A stretch of DNA of 35,034 nucleotides from Chitinophaga pinensis (GTDB taxonomy: Bacteria > Bacteroidota > Bacteroidia > Flavobacteriales_D > Crocinitomicaceae): assembly GCA_945897765.1 (NCBI GenBank), contig CAMDGP010000001.1, forward strand, positions 1 to 35,034. The letters run 5' to 3'. The translations under genes and the position numbers were made by a program. The notes under the pieces were generated by a model, which worked only from the letters and a program-made list of their open reading frames with translations, did not search any database and had not been told where the DNA came from. Of the stretch, positions 8,901-15,905 are shown one piece after another; the stretch's first letter is position 1, and each line of letters begins with the position of its first letter.

Positions 8901-11900
8901 GGACAATATTGGGTGCAGACGGTAGATGTATTTGGGAGGACTTCGAGAGATACAGTCAATGTTTTTCGTCCAATTTATAATCAAATTACTTTGCAAAATG
9001 AATTGGTATGTGCTAGTCAACCTGAATTTTATTCGGCACCCATTCCAAGTGGTGCTTATACGTTTGTTTCTTGGAGCGATGGAGTTACTACAGCGACAAG
9101 AACGATTAGCTCAGCCCAGTCCTTAAGTTATACAATTCAAGATAATGGAGGTTGTCAACGAACTTCAAATGTCGCCCAAATTACGGTTGATGCCACGTTA
9201 GTTAATATGTCATTGGGGCAAGATACTTCCTTGTGTGCTGGAAATGCGATTGGATTAGTTCAGAATTTAGTAGGCTCTATAAACTATAGTTGGAATACAG
9301 GAAATACACAACCTACTCAAATTGCGGATACATCTGGAACCTATATCCTTCAGGTATCTAATTCCAATGGCTGCCAAAAGAGCGATGAAATTGCAGTTGT
9401 GGTTGTTGGAGTTGCTCCAACACTCGATTTTTACATTTCACCGCAAGCGTGTCAAGGTGGAACATTTACTTTTTGGGATTCTTCAACGGTAGTAGCGCCT
9501 AGTACAATTTCATCCACTGTATGGCATTTCCAAAATCAACAAGATTTTATAGGTACAAATGGCACAGTCAGCTATCAAGATAGTGGTTTTTTCACAGGTT
9601 CTATAGAGGTAACTACCTTTCAAGGTTGCTCCAATTCGGCTAATTTCTCCATTTACAGTTCCCCACTGCCAATTTTGGAAATTAAAAAATCATATAGTTG
9701 TACTCCTGGTATAATTGAGTTGACCGGCGTTAATGCAACAGGGTTGGATATTGCTACTTATGATTGGTCGATTACACAAAATGGTGTTGCACTTCAAAGT
9801 TCATTGGATACAGTTCTTTTCACGCTTAATTCTAATAATGAGCTTAACGTCCAATTATCAGTGGTCGATGAATTAGCTTGTTCAAATCAAATTTCAACTA
9901 TTTTTCCTCTTGCTGCCGAAAATACAATTCAACTAACAACGCCAAGCAATAATGTGACGCTATCAAGCGGTGATGGCATACCATTTTCATGGACCGACTT
10001 GCCCTTTGATTCCATTTCAACAGATTACACAATTGAAATTGCCAGTGATTCTCTTTTTGTCAATCTCGTTCATCAGCAGACAATTAGTGAATCAAATTTG
10101 ATTTATTCACCAGCATCACTCAGTGGTTTCTACTTCTGGCGTGTCAAACGTTGCTACTCTCAGAATTGGTCGCATTTTAGAAAATTCAATATTGTAAATA
10201 TAAGTAATGGTCAGCGTCTCTGGTTGCGCAGTGATTCATTACAAATTCTAGGTGGTAAAATTGCACAATGGTATGATCGAAGTGGAAATGGTTTTCACGC
10301 TATTCAAAATACAGTGAGTTCGCGGCCGACATTAGCATCTATTTCTCCTAATATTGCTCACCCTGCGGTAAAATTTGATGGCATAGACGATTTTTTAATT
10401 GGTCAAACAATACCAGGAATCAACAATAGTTCAATGACAGCCTTCATATTAGTAAATGGATATAACCAAACGGATAATGGAGGTTTATTAACAATAGGGA
10501 CATTAAACCAAGGGTTCGGTTTGTATCGTGGTACTCTTTATCAAAAATTTACAATGTTAACTAATTATGCAACAAATAGTTTAGTTTTCGATATTCCAGA
10601 CCCTATGCCGAACGCTGGTTTTCCGTTCAAATTATATGGAATGACCAAAAATTTTGGTGTTAATGTCCAAATGCATGGTAATGGTGTTACGGGTTCAACA
10701 AATACAGTTCCGTCGTTAGTTGGCTCATTTACAAATGCAAATTATCAAATTTCAGGAGGAGAATTAAGTAAATTAAATGGCGAAATTGCTGAAGTTATTC
10801 TTTATGATCAAGCGTTACCAACTTCCCAAAGAAACGAAATAGAACGTTATTTGATGGATCGCTATGCACCTCCAGTGAATTTAGGAGCGGATATAAATTC
10901 CACCTATGGTTTTTGTGATATTACTCTGCTACCAACCAATCAAATTTACACGTCTTATTTGTGGAGCAATAATGCTACATCTTCTTCAATCGCTATTAAT
11001 GAACCTGGAACTTACTGGGTGCAAGCTGTTGATGTCTTTGGAAGAACGTCGAGAGATACGATTCAAGTATTTAGACCTGTTTTTGACGAAATAGCCTTAA
11101 ATGATGAAGCCATTTGTTTTGGTCAAAGTGAAACCTTAATTGCGCCAATTCCTTCAGACAATTACACATTTTTCCAATGGAGTGACGGATTAACAAATCC
11201 AATCCGAATTATTGATACGGTTCAAACTTTAAGTTTTACGATTGAGGACAGTTTGGGCTGTCAACGTAGTTCAAATTTGGTACAAATAACTATCGACTCA
11301 AGTTTAATTGGAGTCTCTCTTGGAAATGATACTACTTTATGCGCTGGAAACTCAATAGCACTAGAAACTACACCTACCGGAAACTTGAACTATTTGTGGA
11401 ATACACTCAATACAAGTTCAAGTCAAATAATTGATACCTCAGGCACATACATTGTTCAGGTTTCAAATCAAAATGCATGTTCCAATTCAGATGAAATTTA
11501 CGTTGAAATAATTGGAATTGCTCCAACATTAAACTTTGATTTCCCAACTGAAATTTGTCAAGGCCTAACTGTTAATTTTTCTGACTCATCCACTGTTCCT
11601 CTTCCTAATGAAATAAATGAAATCGTTTGGCATATTGAAAATCAGCCAGATTATTTTGGAGCAAGTGGTTCAATAAATATCAATGAAAGTGGAACTTTCC
11701 AATGTGAATTAGAAGTTAGTACAGTAGAGGGTTGTAACAATATTGCGAATTTTGAATTGACCGTTTTCCCAAAACCAATTATTTCATTTACTACCGAGAA
11801 ATTCTGTCCGAATGAATTTGTAGTGTTTAATCCTGTGAATTCAATTTCTACGCAAATTTCAAATTTCAATTGGCTTGGTGACTCAGGTAATTTTTCAAGC

Positions 11901-13385
11901 ACATCTACAAATCCTACTTATTTGTTTGGTGTAGCAGGAAATTATACTGTGACATTGAACGTGGAGGATCAGAATGGATGCAAAGATACAGTCGTCCAAA
12001 ATATAAATATTCAAGAAGGTCCGTTGGTTGATTTCAGTATTACCAATCCATGCGAAAAGCAAACTGTTGAGTTTTTAAACGGAAGTACTATTTCGGATAC
12101 ACTTTCAATATCGAGTTATCAATGGAATACAAGTGATGGAGCAAGTTCTGCGGATTCAACGTTTAATAATGTTTTCTCTGAATATGGTGATTATCAAGTA
12201 AGTTTAGTAGCAAATGCTAATAACGGATGTAGAGACACGATCGAAAAAACCATCACCATTCACCCAATTCCAATTTTAGAGTGGGGATTAGGTCCTGCCT
12301 GCAAAAATACTTGGACAACTTTTGAGAACCAAAGTACTATTCCGTTGGGCAGTATTTCGCAAACAGAATGGTTGGTCAACCTACAATATCCATTTGAAGG
12401 AACAAGCTCTGCTTATAAGTTCGTTACTACGGGAGTTCAATACCTGAACTTAACTTCTACTAGTGATCAAAACTGTACTTCAGACACTTTAATTATTGTG
12501 AACGTAAATCCCGAATTAGATGCACGATTTAACTACTTACCTTTAAATATTGTTTCAGGAGTTCCAGTAACTTTTAGTGATTTAAGTATTGCTTCATCTA
12601 GCTCAACTTGGGATATGGGAATTGGTGAAGAATTGATAACCTACACACCACCATTAAATCAATTTGTAAAATCTTATCCCTTGGAATGGGTCGATTCAAC
12701 AATCAATGTAAGCTTGTTTGTTGAAAATCAAATTGGATGCAAGGATACAATAAGCAAATCGTTCACAGTTCAAGGCCCTGCATTTGATTTAGAAGTAAAG
12801 TCAGTTTTTGTTCAAGAAATTAATGGTTTTAATACAATTGGTGTAGAGTTCGAAAACAAAGGAACGATTGCAATTACTTCTGTAAATTTCCAGTTGTCTT
12901 CTTTAAATTCACTTCCAATTCAAGAAACATGGGCGGGAAATCTATTAGCAAACCAAGATTTGATTTACATGTTCAATGCAAAACTATCTGCCTACAATTC
13001 AACGCAAGATGATCTAACAAATTTCTTATGCGTTGAAGGTTTTGCATCGGACAATTTAGGGAATGTTGATATTATAATAGCGAATAATAAAGTTTGTGAA
13101 AATACAGAAAATGAAGAAATAGCTTTGCTTTCTGTCGCACCAAATCCAACTGAGAATACGACCAATATTAGTTTGTTAATTCCAAATACAACCGAAGCAA
13201 CTAATTTGAATGTTTCGCTCTACAGCATGAACGGTGCAATTGTTAAATATATAATTAAAGACCAAAGTTTGGAGGCTGGTATTTTTGACTTCAATGTTGA
13301 TTTGACTAACGTTCAACTAGGAATTTATTTACTGAAAATTGAAGATGGAACAACAAGTAAAGTGATACGATTGTCTAAAATATAA
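5904..13385 (+). CDS. 2493-aa secreted cell-surface protein (LamG/ConA-like lectin modules, Cys-containing beta-sandwich domains, PKD-like domains, CARDB-like domain, T9SS C-terminal sorting domain)
   Basis: Signal peptide MKIQLLILFFASNLYVLGQA. There are three LamG-like modules (LKLWYNAD..., LRLWLRAD..., QRLWLRSD..., each ending GDIxEVxxF...Y(L)xxRY). Y-x-W-N-T-G...INEPGxYWVQ and LGxDTxLCxGN...Y-x-W units recur, and there are multiple PKD-like units (e.g. GNYNLKLIVTNGFGCKDT, GNYTVTLNVEDQNGCKDT, GDYQVSLVANANNGCRDT). The C-terminus has the T9SS tail motifs APNPT...LYSMNGAIV...GIYLLKI. Confidence 0.92.
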   Translation: MKIQLLILFFASNLYVLGQAPNNISGLKLWYNADSVNIVGGKVTQIFDQSGLQNNAIQNLSSKQPIVINNVLNGKKSIRFTSTNEMDISGVQLNSSAPHTMYFVVSNLNSGNSVSTFFQIQSNGTYNSCYSIPSGTYKSSYGTFTAGSRSSNPLALFKSTNLYTVSNPNYFKISFDGSSSTNINSFNYFNNNQTQLKTAGTNGLSNNFSKIGCTTTNFSFIGDILEVIFFERNLSASENNIIESYLKNRYMPILELGPDILSSYGFQNYSLNASSNFQEYQWNTGETTSSIVINEPGQYWVQVKDRFGIISSDTINLTRPDYSVIQLSNQTICYNSNTSIAAQIPAGDYTFVQWSDGVTTQTRTITQTTNLNYTLKDNLNNTKTSNTATLTYDNTLQNVSLGNDTTLCEGNFIQLQVTSPSIITYLWSTNNTTPSITLVNSGVYSLEVSNSNGCSKNETIQVTIQGQSPTIQINFPTQFCLNESTPFSESSFVQNGEAIGFREWNFGNNTYSNLSSGAFVNSIIGDYNGTLTVTSIGGCRHTQAFSYSVRPKPTASYTSPLLCDNVSGLFTNISSAPSSTISTSQWLVDDILNASTINLNYAHPVTGNYNLKLIVTNGFGCKDTSSQTQSVINTYPIPNASSLIDPFNTKTVLSTEQIPFSWSSVADNYFYELQFSTSTSFNSILYSQTTTQINLTTALNNSGTIFWRVKANNPCLLGGTSQVFSIQSVTIADSLRLWLRADRGTTLNGSTVSSWLDQSQTNLNASQSTVENQPTFVSSNPVLNGFSSVQFDGTNDMLNGGLIPRINTNSLSVFAVASGGNQSTTNAVLLSSGSATSGWWLSRRASAGRIGVLHNNNTLQGATATLPTSGYNFRLFGYKKVFGNSALLKVNGTNEISSTAAVAINGFTNANYQVGAGSGANFLNGDIAEVMVFTKTLSTEEQTGIEKYLMDKYTKPVNIGPDISMNYGFCDITLTSNAFFESYIWNTGASTSSIEINEPGQYWVQTVDVFGRTSRDTVNVFRPIYNQITLQNELVCASQPEFYSAPIPSGAYTFVSWSDGVTTATRTISSAQSLSYTIQDNGGCQRTSNVAQITVDATLVNMSLGQDTSLCAGNAIGLVQNLVGSINYSWNTGNTQPTQIADTSGTYILQVSNSNGCQKSDEIAVVVVGVAPTLDFYISPQACQGGTFTFWDSSTVVAPSTISSTVWHFQNQQDFIGTNGTVSYQDSGFFTGSIEVTTFQGCSNSANFSIYSSPLPILEIKKSYSCTPGIIELTGVNATGLDIATYDWSITQNGVALQSSLDTVLFTLNSNNELNVQLSVVDELACSNQISTIFPLAAENTIQLTTPSNNVTLSSGDGIPFSWTDLPFDSISTDYTIEIASDSLFVNLVHQQTISESNLIYSPASLSGFYFWRVKRCYSQNWSHFRKFNIVNISNGQRLWLRSDSLQILGGKIAQWYDRSGNGFHAIQNTVSSRPTLASISPNIAHPAVKFDGIDDFLIGQTIPGINNSSMTAFILVNGYNQTDNGGLLTIGTLNQGFGLYRGTLYQKFTMLTNYATNSLVFDIPDPMPNAGFPFKLYGMTKNFGVNVQMHGNGVTGSTNTVPSLVGSFTNANYQISGGELSKLNGEIAEVILYDQALPTSQRNEIERYLMDRYAPPVNLGADINSTYGFCDITLLPTNQIYTSYLWSNNATSSSIAINEPGTYWVQAVDVFGRTSRDTIQVFRPVFDEIALNDEAICFGQSETLIAPIPSDNYTFFQWSDGLTNPIRIIDTVQTLSFTIEDSLGCQRSSNLVQITIDSSLIGVSLGNDTTLCAGNSIALETTPTGNLNYLWNTLNTSSSQIIDTSGTYIVQVSNQNACSNSDEIYVEIIGIAPTLNFDFPTEICQGLTVNFSDSSTVPLPNEINEIVWHIENQPDYFGASGSININESGTFQCELEVSTVEGCNNIANFELTVFPKPIISFTTEKFCPNEFVVFNPVNSISTQISNFNWLGDSGNFSSTSTNPTYLFGVAGNYTVTLNVEDQNGCKDTVVQNINIQEGPLVDFSITNPCEKQTVEFLNGSTISDTLSISSYQWNTSDGASSADSTFNNVFSEYGDYQVSLVANANNGCRDTIEKTITIHPIPILEWGLGPACKNTWTTFENQSTIPLGSISQTEWLVNLQYPFEGTSSAYKFVTTGVQYLNLTSTSDQNCTSDTLIIVNVNPELDARFNYLPLNIVSGVPVTFSDLSIASSSSTWDMGIGEELITYTPPLNQFVKSYPLEWVDSTINVSLFVENQIGCKDTISKSFTVQGPAFDLEVKSVFVQEINGFNTIGVEFENKGTIAITSVNFQLSSLNSLPIQETWAGNLLANQDLIYMFNAKLSAYNSTQDDLTNFLCVEGFASDNLGNVDIIIANNKVCENTENEEIALLSVAPNPTENTTNISLLIPNTTEATNLNVSLYSMNGAIVKYIIKDQSLEAGIFDFNVDLTNVQLGIYLLKIEDGTTSKVIRLSKI
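5982..11560 (+). repeat. three tandem ~2.1-kb coding supermodules inside the giant gene (starts near 5982, 8100, 10209)
   Basis: The conserved Trp codon of the L-W motif sits at 5991, 8115 and 10221, giving spacings of 2124 and 2106 nt. Copies 2 and 3 retain identical nucleotide runs, e.g. the 23-mer tatggtttttgtgatattactct at 8802-8824 and 10905-10927. Copy 1 is clearly more diverged at protein level. Confidence 0.85.
13120..13382 (+). other. T9SS (Por) C-terminal sorting domain of the giant protein
   Basis: IALLSVAPNPTENTTNISLL...NVSLYSMNGAIVKYII...VQLGIYLLKIEDGTTSKVIRLSKI matches the usual type-A CTD pattern (PNP..., hydrophobic-Y-D/S-x-x-G, G-[IV]-Y-x-[LV]-[KR]). Confidence 0.8.
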
Positions 13386-13592
13386 CTTCAATCTTAAATT
13401 TGAAATACAGAAGTTTTAAAGCCTTCATTTGTTAACTAATTGATTGTGAAAGTTGTCAAAAATGAAGTGTTTTTAGTTTAACTGCTGCTTTATCTCACAA
13501 CATAAAGGAGATTAACCAACTAACTTCATATTTCACTTTTAACTCTTAATTTTTCACTTTCAGTTCTAAGTTATCAGTTCTCAACTCCATTA

Positions 13593-15515
13593 TCAATTCT
13601 TAACTCTCTTACTCAAGGCCTCATAAACAACTTCTTGTATATCTGTTCTGATGCTCATGTCACGAAGTTTCCAATTTTCAGGATCGGGATGCACGCGATT
13701 TGAAAGGAAAACAAAAATCACTTTGTCTTTTGGGTCTGCCCAAGCTAAAGTTCCTGTAAATCCAGAATGTCCGAAACTTTGTTGAGAAGCTGATTTTGCA
13801 CAAGTTCCGCCACCAGAAGCACTTGGTCTGTCGAAACCTGCACCGCGTTTATTTCCTTGAAATTGTTGTCTCGTAAACTCATCAATTGATTTTTCATTGA
13901 AAAAACTGAATCCAGCGTATTTTCCTTTATTCAGAAACAGTTGCATTATACTCGCTAAATCAGTTGCATTGCTGAAAATTCCAGCATGCCCGCCAACGCC
14001 ACCCAACAGCGCAGCACCTTGGTCGTGTACATATCCTTGAAGTAATTGATTTCTAAATATTTTCTCGTCGACTGTTGGTATTATTCTATTTTTTGGATAA
14101 AAATTCAAAGGCAAATAACTCACATTTCTTAAGCCCATCGGAAGATATATGTTATTTCTTAAATAGGTATTATGTCCTTCATGAATTTGTTTTTCAACTA
14201 TTTTTTGAACGAAATAAAAGCACAAGTCAGAATATTCATATTTCTTAACTCCAATTGGCGCTTTCACTATTTCGTCAAACATCACATCTACGTAATTATC
14301 TCTGACAAAAATTCCTTCTGCAACTTGCTTAGAAAATCCTTCTTTTCTGGTGTTTGAATAGATTTCTGGGTTTAATTGATCGGCAGTGTAAGTGTTTTTA
14401 TTAAATGCAATCCAAGGTTTGAATCCTGCTTGATGCGCCATCATATCACGAATTAAAACAGAATGATAAGGTGTTTTAGCTGTTAATTCAGGCAAATAAT
14501 CGCCCAGCTTTTTATTCAAGTCAAATTGTTGTTTAGAATGTAAATGTAAAGCCATCAAGGTAGAAGCTGCGATTTTTGTAACGGAAGCAATATCGTATAA
14601 ATCGTCATTTTTAACTTTTATTTCTTTGTCAACATACGTGGCTGAGCCAAAGGTTTTTCTGTAAATGATTTTATCTTCAACAGCCACAACAATTTGACAA
14701 CCAGGATAAGCTTTAACATTTATTCCATTTGTTGCGATTTCATCAATTTTAGCTAAATCAGCACTTGCAATTCCAACTTCTTCAGGTTGAGTAAATTTTA
14801 GTCGTCCATTCGTTTTACAGTCAATTCCAAAACCAACTTTAAATTTTAAACCAATTGCGTTTTTTAACTTCCCCTTCGCTTCAATGGCACCAAATAGTTG
14901 TTGAGCAACAACATTCTGAGCAATTTCATGATTTTCAGGGGCAAAAGAAATAGATTTTACATTCTTTAAATCTAGGAAATCGATAAAGCTTACATTTCCG
15001 AAAACACATATAGAAACTGGATTTGAACTCGAAATTTCATTGACAATTGAAGCATAATCTTTGTTGATTTCATTTCTATCACCACCTGAATTGTCTGCGT
15101 GTATTGATAAGATAATTAAATCTGAATTGTTCAAAATAGCAGCGTTTTTCGTCGCAAAATCAACACTTGAAATTCGAATAGAAGTATCAAAATCGGTAAA
15201 TAATTTACTCGTTTCTTCAAATGATTTTGAGTCTCCACCAATTGATAAATGAGTGATTTTACGATTTAAATTCCCAAGTGGCAAAACATTGTTTTCATTT
15301 TTAAGAATAACAATTTCATTTTCGATGGCAAGCGCTTGTTCGAATTCTGCTAATTTATTTAAATGAATTAATTCTGGTTTAATCCATTGGTTAGGAGCAG
15401 GGTTTGGTGCTGAAAATGTTATTCTAATATTCTCTGATGAACTGATTATAGGAACTAAAAAAGATGTTATTCCCAAGGCGATTGCTCCAAGAAAAATGTT
15501 TTTTTTAAGACTCAT
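13593..15515 (-). CDS. beta-lactamase-family serine hydrolase with an N-terminal GH3-C-terminal-like domain
   Basis: S-x-x-K nucleophile motif (DIASVTKIAAST) and an H-S-G box (FGHSGFTGT) replacing KTG, as in family VIII esterase / PBP-like hydrolases. The N-terminal ~280 aa carry a VILKNENNVLPLG motif reminiscent of the GH3 C-terminal domain. The start is set at ATG 15515 (MSLKKNIFLGAIALGITSFLVPIISS, a signal peptide) rather than the track start 15635, whose 40 extra residues look non-native. Confidence 0.8.
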   Translation of the reverse strand: MSLKKNIFLGAIALGITSFLVPIISSSENIRITFSAPNPAPNQWIKPELIHLNKLAEFEQALAIENEIVILKNENNVLPLGNLNRKITHLSIGGDSKSFEETSKLFTDFDTSIRISSVDFATKNAAILNNSDLIILSIHADNSGGDRNEINKDYASIVNEISSSNPVSICVFGNVSFIDFLDLKNVKSISFAPENHEIAQNVVAQQLFGAIEAKGKLKNAIGLKFKVGFGIDCKTNGRLKFTQPEEVGIASADLAKIDEIATNGINVKAYPGCQIVVAVEDKIIYRKTFGSATYVDKEIKVKNDDLYDIASVTKIAASTLMALHLHSKQQFDLNKKLGDYLPELTAKTPYHSVLIRDMMAHQAGFKPWIAFNKNTYTADQLNPEIYSNTRKEGFSKQVAEGIFVRDNYVDVMFDEIVKAPIGVKKYEYSDLCFYFVQKIVEKQIHEGHNTYLRNNIYLPMGLRNVSYLPLNFYPKNRIIPTVDEKIFRNQLLQGYVHDQGAALLGGVGGHAGIFSNATDLASIMQLFLNKGKYAGFSFFNEKSIDEFTRQQFQGNKRGAGFDRPSASGGGTCAKSASQQSFGHSGFTGTLAWADPKDKVIFVFLSNRVHPDPENWKLRDMSIRTDIQEVVYEALSKRVKN

Positions 15516-15688
15516 TATTGAATTTTGGGTAAAGTTATACCAAATAACACGCTGAACATCATAAAAAAAATGTTTAACATAATGATTTATGAGATTAATG
15601 CCTGTAGAAAAGAGACAAAAAACCTCATAAATCATTTAATTGACACCACTCACAAGGTAATTAAAAACACCTAGTTACACTTCAATAA

Positions 15689-15904
15689 TCAATGTTCGTG
15701 GCAATGAACAGTGTAGGTTCCTGTTGTATCAGTGTAAGTTCCTAATGCTTCTAAATCTTCTAAAGCATCGCCACAAAACTCACCCATTTCGATTTCTGCA
15801 CCTGCTTTGTCATAATGACATTCGTGACATTTGTTTTTTTTGCAAGAACTCATTGCAAACACTGTTACTAGAGCGATAGCGCTCGATAAAACTACTTTTT
15901 TCAT
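15689..15904 (-). CDS. 71-aa Cys/His-rich lipoprotein (putative metal-binding)
   Basis: Signal peptide with lipobox (VFAMSS|C). The mature ~51 aa carry CHECH near the N-terminus and HCHEH at the C-terminus plus another Cys. Its ATG lies 1 nt after the stop of the upstream TonB-dependent receptor. Confidence 0.7.
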   Translation of the reverse strand: MKKVVLSSAIALVTVFAMSSCKKNKCHECHYDKAGAEIEMGEFCGDALEDLEALGTYTDTTGTYTVHCHEH

Positions 15905-15905
15905 A

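Noticed and set aside
13423-13474. Hairpin cttcattt ... aaatgaag followed by tgttttt, downstream of the giant gene, considered as an intrinsic terminator.
   Set aside because: The 8-bp stem is entirely A/T-rich and encloses a 29-nt loop, which is weak for a rho-independent terminator. It may still contribute to termination, but I would not annotate it.
13561-13607. Short tandem-like motif cagttctaag / tatcagttctcaactcc / tatcaattcttaactct at the 3' end of the serine-hydrolase gene.
   Set aside because: It has only 2-3 imperfect copies of a low-complexity T/C/A-rich string and partly overlaps the last codons of the gene. This is indistinguishable from chance in AT-rich spacer.
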